In this document: positions 1-11,600 of the stretch, in pieces | Position numbering within the stretch: the stretch's first letter is position 1 | Layout of the letters: each line of letters opens with the position of its first letter | Origin: Utricularia gibba | Lineage: Eukaryota > Plantae > Magnoliophyta | NCBI GenBank assembly: GCA_002189035.1 | Contig: NEEC01000002.1 | Span: 4,278,001 to 4,342,000, forward strand | DNA length: 64,000 nt | Direction of reading: 5' to 3' | Notes under the pieces: model-generated | The model's database searches: none | Told to the model about the DNA's origin: nothing | The model's input: only the letters and a program-made list of their open reading frames with translations | Made by a program: the position numbers and the translations under genes

Positions 1-573
1 AAAAACAATAGTTTACAATTAGGGATTTCATGGGGCAAAAAAGTTTAATACTTTTGGATTATTATAATTTAAATACAAAAACAAGTGACTTATGTATATA
101 AACCTACTACATGAAAAAAAACACTAAATATATATATTTTTTCTGTCTAAAATAGAATCAATTTCTTCTACTTCATTTGATATCGTCACACCCTTTTCTT
201 CTTCCAACACTCAGCAATCCATGTAAAATTCCCCGGCAACACTCCTTGAATCATGCATGGTGTGCTTTTTAAAGATCATGGCATCCATCATCCGATGTTT
301 CATCCTGATTTCTTCAAATGAATATTTCCAGAAGCTTTGCTACGCAATCTTACTAGCTGCTTTTCTGATTCAATATGTGGACTGAAAAGGAACAATAACA
401 CATAAAATCAAGAAATCACAGGTTTAGTAATTCAATATCCTAAGGGCGCATTTGGTTGTTGGGTTTAGATGGGTAGCAGCGTGGGTTTAGACATAAACCC
501 ACGTTTGGTACGTGGGTTTCAGGTGGGTAAAAATAAACCCACCTGTTGACCATAAACCGGGCGGGAACCCTTG

Positions 574-629
574 GAGCTGGGTTTAGCTAAACCCGGGGGG
601 GGGGGGGTCGGTTTAGCTAAACCCAGCTC
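574..629. repeat. Perfect 20-bp inverted repeat around a G13 tract, in the Harbinger left subterminal region
   Basis: GAGCTGGGTTTAGCTAAACC (574-593) and GGTTTAGCTAAACCCAGCTC (610-629) are exact reverse complements; G run at 595-607. Confidence 0.9.
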
Positions 630-916
630 GGCACTTCCACTTTTGCCCTTGTGTGAACTTCATTTGAATGCAGATCTACGACCCAAATTTGTTCGTGGTT
701 TACCGGTGGCGTCGCTTGTTCTTTGAGCGCAAGAGGGTGGGTCTTTCGATAAGTATGCTTTTCTGTTCTTGGTGGGTTGGTCCACGGTAGCACCACGAGA
801 GGCCAACCACGGCAGCACCACATAGTGGATTTTTATTTGTGATTTTCCAATTTCAAAATCTGTGGTGCTGTGTCAGTGAACTTATTTTGCTCGATTTTGA
901 TGACTGTTGAGGGGAC

Positions 917-2229
917 ATGGATTTTTTCACAGAGGGTCATGCCATCTTGAGTGCGACAGCAGGAGCTTTGACTGAATACTTGGTGCAGATGAATGTGTTA
1001 GTATACTTACATTGGAAGAAATACCGTAGGGGATATAGGGTGCGACGCAAGTATTCACTTACACAAAAGATTTCTAGACAAGTTGAGTTTATTAGTAGGT
1101 TGGTGAGTGATGTGAATAGCGCATCCATTGAGAATTTGAGAATCAGCCAAGATGCATTGGGTATTTTATGTAGCCTATTAAAAAATCATTCTAACTTAAA
1201 GGCTGGAAAATATGTAACGGTTCCGGAGATGGTTTGCATTTTTTTAGGAATATTAGGTCATCATAAAAAATTGCGGTGCAGAAGCATGTCTACGGGAGGA
1301 GCACCGAGACTGTGTCTAGGTGCTTCCAAAAGGTGTTGCATGCGGTGCTTTGACTCCATGAGGTGCTGTTAGAGACCCCTATAGTTGCTACAGAACGTGC
1401 ATCCGAAGGGAAGTTTAAACACTTCCAGGTAGACACATCTTTCATGCTTTTTTTTACGAATATGTATCCTAAAATTGATTATGCATTTGCAGGGTTGTGT
1501 TGGAGTTAACAAATGTGATGCTACAAGGTACAGAAATCAAAAGGGGTGATATCCACCAACGTGTTGGGTGTATGTGATGAACACATGAAATTTATATATG
1601 TGCTTGCTGGGTGGGAGGGGTCTGCTGCAGATAGTCGGGTGCTAAACGATGCATTCTCACGATTCGACGGCTTCCGTGTACGCCCAGGTATTTCACTTGT
1701 TTAGCCCTTTCGCATGTGATTCCAATGATTTTATGCACCATGTATACATGATGACACATGAACATATTACCTATGTGACAATGGATATGCTAATAGGAAG
1801 AGCTTTTTGGCACCATATCGTGGGGTCTGTTACCACTTGAAGAAGTAAGGACAAGGAAATGGAGCACCCCAGAATGCGAAGGAGCTATTCAACATGGGGC
1901 ATGCATCAGCCAAAAATGTGATTGAACGAGCTTGGGGCTTGATGAAGATGCGGTGGGGTATACTACGGACGGCTAGCTACTATTCCGTAGACACACAGAA
2001 CCGCATTGTATTAGCATGTGCTTTACTGCATAACCTCATTCGAAAGGAGATGGTGGTCGATCCCTTGGAGGATCAGGTCCCATTGGACTTCCAGGATGAA
2101 GCTGGGGATACGAGTGATCCAGAAGACGTCACGACATCTGCTGGAGGCAATCAAGCATGGAATAGGTGGCGTGACCAGCAAGCCGAGGGGATGTACGTCG
2201 AGTGGCTGGCATCCCACAGACGCCGCTAG
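917..2229 (+). pseudogene. Harbinger/PIF DDE transposase (HARBI1-like), disrupted
   Basis: Motifs RSTETVSRCF, NVLGVCD..MKFIYVLAGWEGSAADSRVL, LCDNGY, FLAPYRG and HASAKNVIERAWGLMKMRWGIL. It has frameshifts, stops and a deletion across the usual GALDGTH segment. Introns lie near 1430-1490 and after ~1688. Confidence 0.88.
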
Positions 2230-3228
2230 TGTAGCACTGTATTAGTAATTGTCGTGCTAGTGGTTTTCCTGAATTCTCGTTCAGAACCTATCGTGTCATT
2301 TGTACTGTATTGCTAAGCACAACTCTGTGCATTGCAAAGTCATGTCCTAAATTCCCGTTTGTACTCCAACCTTGAACTTGAAATTGCCGAGTATTTGGTA
2401 GTTGCTGCACAAATTGTTGGGATTGTACCATAGTGTCATGTCTTACCATGGGGTAACATGGCAAGACATGGTGGATCATTGAAGCCAACACCGTGATCTT
2501 TAGTTGAGGTGCTACAGAGGCTTGTAGGACACCAAAGTTGTTGGCAGCACCACGTGTTTCATCGTATCCGATGCTGACAAAAATTAGATATTAGATGAGT
2601 GGGAAGCTGGTGCATAGTAGGAGGGTAGTTGACAGAATAGGAATGCGCCTTTTCACCAAACACCGCGATCCGTAAACTCCGGTGCTTCGAAACGCCTAGG
2701 CTATGCCCGTTTAGTGCTGCACCGCATGCTTCCTCGTATCCGGTGCTGTCAAGATTTAGAAGTACATGCGTATGCAGTTGGTGCATATTAACGTGGGTGA
2801 TTGGTAGTACAATAATACTCCTTTTGACCAAACCCGCGAAAACATAATCCGGTGTTTATAAACACCTGAGCTACGCTACGCATTCCGCAGCACCACGAAA
2901 TGCATATTCGGTGTTCTGAGTTCCATAAACAAATTGGCAAAAAATATTGCAGTTATCCAGCATTAAATGAGAAGGGCGGTTGACAACCGCCCAGCGCTAT
3001 TAATACCCCCTGATAAAGGCACCTGACATTCTGCACTTTCCAAAATAACTTCATTAATTCCGCTCATCCAACTCCACCCTTTCGGTAAACGTGCAGCAGC
3101 ACCACGAAAATCGACTCCTCGACAAATTCTCAAGAACAGCATCGTGACGATGGGAACCTTTGCCATCAGCACCAAGTGTTTCAAATTCTTCGTTGCCATC
3201 GTTGACTAACACACATATTGTTTTCTAG

Positions 3229-3718
3229 ATGTTGATGTGTGAGAAACTATGTATCCGCTTCTCAATTCCCGACGGTTACACGATATGGGATAAACAACCG
3301 GGCGAAATGTCGGACGGCGAACCGCCATCTAGAGTTGGAGCATCGGGATTCGCCATCAGCACCGAGCACTTTTGGTGTGGATTGCGACTCCCCCCGCCCC
3401 TTTCATGGTGCAGATACTTGCTGTACTCCGGATCCCATTCTCCCACCTCACACCATGTTCTGTGGCGCACATTCTCGCATTTCTGCAGGTCTGTGAAGAA
3501 GAGGACATACCCCGGAAATACATGTCTTCTTTGCGGTTTCTGTTTGTGTCCAACGTAAGGGGAGTCCGCACTACTCGCTTCATGGAAAACCTGGTGTGGT
3601 TCTGGTGACAGACATGAGAAGTGCATATGATGATTGGTGGCACAGTTTTATATGGGTATGCCCACCCACCGCTGCAGAATGGCCAACTACGTTGACAGTG
3701 TTAGAGAATGTGGGACAC
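3229..3718 (+). pseudogene. Transposase_28-like (PF04195-type, Gypsy extra-ORF) domain exon; 5' part of the Harbinger cargo gene
   Basis: Across two frameshifts it reads HFWCGLRLP/PFMVQILAVLRIPFSHLTPCSVAHILAFLQVCEE/HYSLHGKPGVVLVTDMRSAYDDWWHSFIWV, resembling the GLRLP..HLTPNS..F..LCE family pattern. A solo LTR interrupts it at 3719. Confidence 0.7.
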
Positions 3719-5064
3719 TGATGCGTGTCGTTTCCACAACAAGTTTTAATACTTTTAAAACTCATAAAACACAAAAGCGTAGTACGGGTGTCGAACACAG
3801 GGAGTTGTTTTTGAGTGAAAGGTGAGTCACCCCGAATACAACTATCACGATTTGTAAACGGTTTTGAAGGTAAAAGGTGCGAGAAACATTGATGATGAAG
3901 CTTGAGTAAGGGAATGAGAGGGGTTTTGAGCAAACAACTAAAATGAACGTAAGAGATGAACCTTAAATAAAGTAAATGTTCCTGGGTTTCGAATCCTGTC
4001 CAGCAATGTTCGTTGCGTCTTCAGTCTTCTCTGGTCCTCTCAAGTACTCAGTTATAGGAGTAAGGAATTGCCTACCCTCCCTTACACTCTCTTGCAAGAA
4101 GGCACGGGAATAGCCCGATGTTGCTCCTCCTTGGACGAATGTGAGAATAAGAGGTTCTGCCAGCGTACCCTCACGGCCGAATTGCCGTGTGTGCCCGAGT
4201 GTTGCCAATGACCCAATGAGTCCAGATACGAGGTCACTACCTATCCATTGATCCTGAGGTACGGCCACAGACAAAACGTTGTCTTCCTCCTGCCAAAAGG
4301 GCTCAAGTTGGTGCTTTCCACCTTGCTCCTCTCCAAAATCCGCGGGTAGTGATCAGCTAACCATGAACGTTGAACAAGGGGACTGTTACAGAAAGACTGC
4401 AACATAGTCGCGCGAAGACATACGAAACCCATTCGGATTCAGAGAAAATGTGAAGATAAGCTAATGAAACATAGATCTGGTGGTGTTCCAACCCAGAAAC
4501 GGGAGTTTCTAGCCGCGAACGGCCATACAAACTAAAGAAAACGAAACAAGGTTCTAGAGAGAAGCTAGAGGAAAAATCCTATAGAGAGAGAAACAAAAGG
4601 GAAAACTAAACTGAAAGTAAACTAAACTTGTCTGAACAGAACTGAACTTCATTGAGAGTCTGAGATTTCGTGTCCCTATGATTTTGCTGAACTTGAGATG
4701 ACTTGCAAGCAACGTCTGACACTGGTACGCTAATGATGCCGCCTGTCAGAGACTCCCGTGTTCCGCACATCAAGGCTCATGATTAGGTGTCTGCAGTCTT
4801 CCGGGAATCAAGGGAATGTCAGCTCGGGAAGATTCAATTTGTCGCCATCTGATGCCCTCTTTCTCTCATTTCTTGCCACGTGTGCGCCTCTAGAAAAACT
4901 CAATTAAAACTAGTAAAGTTAATAGATAAAATGCAAGATTTAGGATAATTACCCTAAACTAGATAAAAACCTAAATATCATATTATAGACTCCTAATTAG
5001 ACACTTCTAATCACATTTAAACATAAAAACAACCTAAGAAATAATAAGAAAATGACACTTAACA
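3719..5064 (-). mobile_element. Solo LTR, Athila-like family A, nested in the Harbinger cargo gene
   Basis: TG...CA ends and 5-bp TSD GACAC (3714-3718, 5065-5069). Homologous to the PBS-linked LTR at 25558-26865. Confidence 0.9.
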
Positions 5065-5447
5065 GACACCTATCAGGTAACCACACAAAATAATTTTGGT
5101 GTTGCACACGTCTTGTGCAACATTACTCATGTTTGTTGCTGTTTTCGTTGTAGGCATAGAGGTGTTGCCAAAACGTGCGGCAATGAGGTTTGTGAATTTG
5201 TTCTCTTGCAGAACAAAGTCCTTGGAGGATGTCTTGCCCCCTTCGTCAATGCCCCTAGGACACACCATCTGTGGTGCGGAACCCCTCGACATCGTCGACA
5301 ACGTACGAGTACAAATGATGATCTGAGGAGGTGACCCATGAAGAGGAAGAAGATGTGCAGCCAGAAGTCAGGGGCAACACGAACGGGCCAACATCGATCT
5401 AGACACACGACGACGGGTGCGGTGCTGCCACTGCAAAATATATCGAA

Positions 5448-6399
5448 GTGGAGAGACTGTACGCAGAGAATCTTGATCTCTGTGGTTGGCTTGCATGGTA
5501 TGAAGCAAGGTGGCCATATGGTGGACTGTCTAGTGATAACACGGCCCCACCACGGAAATTGCTAATATTTGATGTGAATGGTGTACTTGCGGACATTGTG
5601 TATCCTCGTGAAGTCAGATGGGGGGCACTGAAGCCGGATGCCGTCATTTACGGGCGAAACGGTAATGCTGTGTCATCGATATGCATTTAATATTTGGTGC
5701 GTCTGTCAGTACTATTTCTTGTGCTTGAAGTGTATCTTCGATGAGGTGCACGTGAGTTGATACAGTTTTGCATGGAACACTTTGACGTTGCCATCTGGTC
5801 TTCAAGAGAACGATAAGACTGACCACCTTGTAGGCAAGGGGGTCCGCATTCCTGCTAACATCTGATTTTTCTGACCACATGTGGCAGAGAACAATTGCAC
5901 GATGTGGTTCAGTGGTTACTAGAGCCTGCAGCAGCCAGCAAGCTTGTCTTCCAATGAGATGGATCAAGGTGTGTGGACACAATCTATCTGGTGCACAACA
6001 ACAGGAACAACACGGTTAAGCTTAAGCTTTTGAATCATATATGGGGCACCAACACCGAGTTCAAGGGCAAATATCACCGTCTTAATACGCTTCTCATCAA
6101 TGATGCGCTGTACAAGTCACTGCACAATCCGGTGAGTTTTCGGTAGTGCTCTTCTCCACCGTCTTGCATCCGATGATGTTTACTTTCATTGAAAGCCCAA
6201 AAATGCCATATTCCCAACCACATGCAAGTACACCGCGGTGAATGATTGTTCACTGGTTCGAGAGGGAGATATTAGGTCGTTCCTGGAAGCCCTCATTGAC
6301 AACATGGATGTACCCACGCACGTCAATCGCCAACGGGTAGGTCAACGTCCAATAGACGAGGAACACCCATTGTGGAAGCATTACAAGACTCTTGTCTAA
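5448..6399 (+). pseudogene. FCP1/NIF-homology HAD phosphatase-like domain, multi-exon; 3' part of the Harbinger cargo gene
   Basis: RKLLIFDVNGVLADIVY, FCMEHFDVAIWSSR, KYHRLNTLLINDALYKSLHNP, NAIFP..GDIRSFLE..GQRPI..W.HY occur in the order seen in plant FCP1-homology proteins. Two in-frame TGA codons and one donor reading ATAAG instead of GTAAG. Confidence 0.85.
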
Positions 6400-6885
6400 T
6401 TGATGGCTCACCTTTGCAATTGCATGGATCTTGCGTGAACTATCGTATGCTGACCTTGTTAGTTTTTAATCGATCACTGATCGCAGTGGCACCGCATGTT
6501 GTAAGATCCGGTGCCATCACTGGATTTGAAACCTTGTGTCTAGATGTGGTGCTTCATAATATGCAACACCAATGCGGTGCTAGTCCATCACTACTCGATA
6601 GCACCGCTCTGAATGCGGCGGTAGTTGCAGTACCGTGTTTGCGGAAGAGTGCTCAACAACGAAGCACCGCGATTGTTCTTACGCGGTGCTTCCACGTACA
6701 AAGTCAGAACAATGTCTACCCTTTGCAGTGCTCATATCAGTTTAAAGGATGATTAGAAGATGAAATACATCTAGTCCATGAGTCCAACATAAGGCGGAAC
6801 AGCACACAACAGATTTAAGATCTACATTCGGATACTAAACCAGCACAATAAGCTCTCGCTCACAGTCGCTAGAGGCAAGGAAATA

Positions 6886-7760
6886 TCACAACCTCGCAGG
6901 GTTGGAACTAATCTTCTCTGTTATGGTAAAATGTTCGATGACAGTTAATTGCACCGGCATACCTCTAATGATCTCCCCTGCCTGACGCTGATTATCCACC
7001 AACTCCCGCGCTTGCTGCATCACTGTTAATCCCACGTGACGTAGCTCTTCGCATGTGCGCACGTTAAGCTCCTTCATTTCTGTGATAAACTGCACATCAT
7101 CATCGATTCCCCTCGGTCCCCTGCCGCTTCGTCTAGAGCGCCGCGACGAGTTGGTGCTGCTGTGTGATTCGGAGTCCCTACTAAGCGTGATGTTGACACC
7201 CTCCGCGGCACAACCAATTGGGTCACAAGGTGTGTCAGCATATGAGAATTTCATATCATGTCCAGTGCTATCCGGGTCCCGAGGGCAATCCGAAGATACT
7301 TCCAGATTCTCCCCCACATCTTCCATGAATTTCCTCTTCTTGGTCGCGGCTACATAGCTCATCGTTTTTTCTCCTGTAGCCCAATCCTTTCCAAAGATTT
7401 CCTGCCACTCGATGTAATACAGCCACACCTTGTGTCTTAGGGCGCGCAGTCTAGGTCATGGTGACATAGTAACACGGTCAGCACTGGATATAACATAGCG
7501 AAAACAGGGCATACTTACCTGATCAATCTCCTTCCAAACCTCATCATCTGCGTCTATGGTGTAGGTCAGCTCACTGAAACCGGTGCCTGACCGTGATAAA
7601 AAATCTACAAGGAGGTAGTAGTCTTTTTTCCAAGTGTGCACCTTGCTAGATATATGGGGGTGTGCGCGGATGTCGGTTCCAGGTCGGAGTTCTAGCACTG
7701 CGACAACGGACTGTGAAAGTCGGTGGACGAAGGGGGTAATGTTTATAAAGAGGAACATGT
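6886..7760 (-). pseudogene. Harbinger Myb/SANT-like DNA-binding protein, probably 5'-truncated
   Basis: HPHISSKVHTWKKDY..SGTGF..DDEVW, an intron (GTAAGT donor near 7518), then EWQEIFGKDWATG, as in plant Harbinger Myb/SANT proteins. Confidence 0.8.
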
Positions 7761-8633
7761 CTGAATGGGTAAAGTGGGTGTGAAAGTCGGTGTACGAGTG
7801 TGAAAGTCTATATTGGTAAATTCCCATAAAAATTATGTATAAACCCAATTTTATACCCACCTACCAAACGTGGGTTTATTTAAACTCAAATAATGTAAAC
7901 ACATCAACCAAACATGATTCACAGAGACTAAACCCATAAAACTGGGTTCCCTAAACCCAAATAAAATAAACTTGGGTTTAGGCCAAACTCAGCAACCAAA
8001 CGTGCCCTAAAGGTATTCATGTGATCAACTATACTCAATATTTAAGTAGTTTATTATAAAAAAAGAGACCCTCTTTTATAGAATAGAGTCAATTGGATAA
8101 GGTGCAATTGATTTCATAATTTTAGGAAACTTGATCAAGTACACCATTACCTAGTCTTATGCAAAACTAGGAATTCAGTTACAACCATCAAAGGCTAAGC
8201 CAAGTCTTTGATTTAGTAGTTCTCTTAATTTCCTATTCCAATAATTAGATTATTGTAATTATTACAACACAACATGAATCATATGATCTCTTTGTTCTTG
8301 ATAAATTCTTTGAATGCATGAAATTTTATTTTGATATGTAATAGATTATTCTTTTTATTGAAATAGCTGTATTATTATCAATTAATGATTTGATTACATC
8401 CTTTCGTCAAAAACCCAATCCTCAAGAACCTATCTCAACCAGATATAGAACTTAGTTGCTCATGCAATTGATATGTATTCGACATTCAAAATAGATTGGG
8501 CAATCACCAATTGTTAAGTTAAATGTACTATGTGATGTGCTTTTAGCATCTTGCTTGAATAGCATTTCAATTTTACTTCCTTGATATCAATTGAATGAGG
8601 GTAATAGAATTCAAAATTTGTTGTTCTCTTTAT

Positions 8634-11600
8634 TGTTGGGTTTCTCGTAGACATCGTATGTCTCAAAAGCAGTGGAATTTTAAAATTTTGAGAAACTCCC
8701 AACGCAGATCTTGGAATACGGTATACATCAGACTAAGGGATGCTAAAATACCTTTTAGATGACTCCGTTGTTCACCAACCGCCAATAGGAGACGGCCTCT
8801 ATGATATCCACACGTGGAGCACTCCGTCGATAACCTTCTCAAGGCTCTTGAATGCTGGTCGAATTCCTCAGGTGCTAGTAGAGAAAAACGCTCCCTTGTG
8901 GATTAATAGAGCATGAAGACCCTTGGAGCAGATCTCAAGATCTAAATCTTTTTGATAGATATATGGTAACATATCAAATCATATCTCCGTAAAGATCTTA
9001 TCTTATGGAGATATGTATATGTTCCAAATCTTATCTATATATGATCTTTTATTTTGAGTTTAATCAATATTAATCTCAAAATAACTTTCAATTTAATTTA
9101 TCCACTTTACCAATTACATTTCATGTAATTGTTTCATTCTATTTTATATCGTTGAGTGACTCCACTATTGTGTGCGACCCTATAGGCTTCTTCAATCAAG
9201 GCCGTAATAATGGATTTATTAATTAACTCTTAATTAATCAAATCCATCATTATCGATCATGAGTGATGTCTAGCAATCTATCATGATCCCCAAGATGTAA
9301 GAATAATCAGGTGAACTGATTGAGCCTTTCCATGACCAGCCACCATGCAATGAACAGCTTTCATCATACTTATATCTCATTCGATACTTCAAGTCGTCAT
9401 GATCAGACTGGAAACTTGCATCAGCATATCCTTCCACTTGGAAACCTTTACCACCGTATATCAAGAACATGTCTTTAGTCCTTCTCAAGTACTTAAGAAT
9501 GCTCTTGATTGCGGTCCAATGATCCATTCCAGGGTTCGACTGATATCTGCTTGTAACACTTAAAGCATATGACACATCTGGTCTAGTACACAGCATGGCG
9601 TACATTATCGACCCAATAGAAGAAGCATATGAGATTCGAGCCATCTGATCCCTTTCTTCTTCTGTCTTGGGGCACATCACTTTTGAAAGTGCCTTATGTG
9701 TCATGGGCGTTAAACCTCTCTTGGAATCAGCCATGTTAAACCTCTTTAACACTTTATCGATGTAGGTCGATTGTGATAGTCCAATCAGTCTCTTTGAGCT
9801 ATCTCTATAGATCTTTATGCCCAATATATAAGCCGCATCTCCAAGATCTTTCATTGAAAAGCTCTTGGATAACCAAATTTTTACTGATTGCATTGTTGCA
9901 ACATCATTTCCCATTACTAATATGTCATCCACATACAGTATGAGAAATACGATTGCCAAGCCATCTACCTTCTTGTATACACAAGGTTCATCTTCATTTT
10001 GAGAGAAACCAAACTCTTTGATTATCTCATCAAATTTGTTCCAACTTCTTGAAGCTTGCTTTAGCCCATAGATGGATTTGTTCAGTTTACACACTTTACT
10101 AGGATCTTGTGTGAAACCTTCAGGTTGTGTCATGTACACTTCCTCAGCCAAATTTCCATTTAGGAAGGCTGTTTTCACATCCATCTGTCATATCTCATAA
10201 TCAACACCTTGTTTTTTATGATACCCTTTTGCCACAAGTCGTGCCTTATAGGTAGATATATTTCCATCCATGTCAGTTTTCCTTTTGAATACCCATTTGC
10301 ATCCAATAGGATTTACTCCTCTGGAGCATTGACCAATGTCCAAACATTGTTCTCATACATGGAATCCATTTCTGCCCTCATGGCAACAAGCCATTTACTT
10401 GACTCAGCACTATTGATTGCTTCGTCATAAGTCCGAGGTTCCTCATCTAATATGAGGTCTCCCATGCCTTCGGCATCAACAATGAAACCGTATCTCACAA
10501 TAGGGTTACGTTGTTGGACTGATCTTCTGGCAGAAAACGTGCTTGGTACATTTGGCAAGTCAGATTGCTCAGGTTGATTGCTCACTGGTACATTACCAGC
10601 TTCTGGGACACAATTTCGAGATGGTGAGCCTAGATTACCTTTTGAGTCACCCACTAGCATCTCTATAGGTGTCACTGGCTCGTTCTCAAACATCTCCTCA
10701 AGTTCAAAACGACTCCATTTGCTTCTTTGAGGAGAAACTCTTTCTCCAAAAAGACAACATTCCTCGAGATGAAAACCTTTCCCTCTTGAAGATTATAGAA
10801 GTAGTATCCCATGGTTTCTTGTGGATATCCCAGAAAGAGACACTTGTCAGATTTGTTCTCCAACTTATCTGACTTCAACCTTCTTACATAAGTAGGGCAT
10901 CCCCAAGCTTTGAGGTAGGAGAAACTCGGTTTTCTACCAGTCCAAATCTCATAAGGAGTGGTATCAACCAATTTCGATGGGGCTTTGTTCAAAACATGAG
11001 CCGCTACCTCTAAAGCATATCCCCACATGGACTTTGGTAGTTCTGCAAAACTCATCATGGATCGAACCATGTCAAGCAAAGTTCGATTTCTCCTCTCAGA
11101 AACACCATTGTGCTCAGATGTATCAGGAGGAGTTCTTTATGAGACAATACCATTGTCCTTCAGATGATTCTTGAATTCATTACTCAAGTATTCCCCACCA
11201 CGATCTGATCAAAGTTTCTTGATGGAACGCTCAAGCTGGTTCTCGACCTCCATCCGAAACTCTTTGAACTTTTCAAAGGCTTCAAATTTTCGTTTCATCA
11301 AGTAGATGCGTCCATATCTTGAATGGTCATCTGTAAAAGTGATGAAATACGAGAAACCCCTCTAGCAGTGATGCTCATTGGACCATATACATCAGAATGT
11401 ATTAAATCCAATAAGTTTTCAGCTCTTGCTCCTTTTCCTAGAAAAGGTTGCTTTGTCATTTTTCCCAATAAACAAGATTCACATGTTTCATAAGATTCAA
11501 AATCTTCTGAGTCCAAATATCCCAATCGATATAAGTACTCAACACGCTTCTTGTTTATATGGCCTAAACGACAATGCCAGAGGTAAGAATTCAAGATGTT

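Larger units (their letters stand above)
444..8007. mobile_element. PIF/Harbinger DNA transposon (decayed autonomous type, carrying extra cargo)
   Basis: Left end GGGCGCATTTGGTTGTTGGGTTT matches the reverse complement of the right end (GGGCACGTTTGGTTGCTGAGTTT). TAA flanks both sides (441-443, 8008-8010). It encodes a DDE transposase remnant (+) and a Myb/SANT-like ORF (-), the two canonical Harbinger genes. Confidence 0.93.

Noticed and set aside
228-245. TTCCCCGGCAAC resembling the reverse tRNA-Asp PBS
   Set aside because: Only a partial match and no adjacent LTR end.
160-385. Possible minus-strand exon with an AG acceptor near 383
   Set aside because: All frames stop quickly, no family recognised, and it lies at the window edge.
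3963-4432. ORFs inside family A LTRs (also 25912-26636)
   Set aside because: They are not preserved between LTR copies and look like chance ORFs.
5186-5210. GT..AG segment in the cargo linker
   Set aside because: About 24 nt is too short for a plant intron, and the frame reads through.
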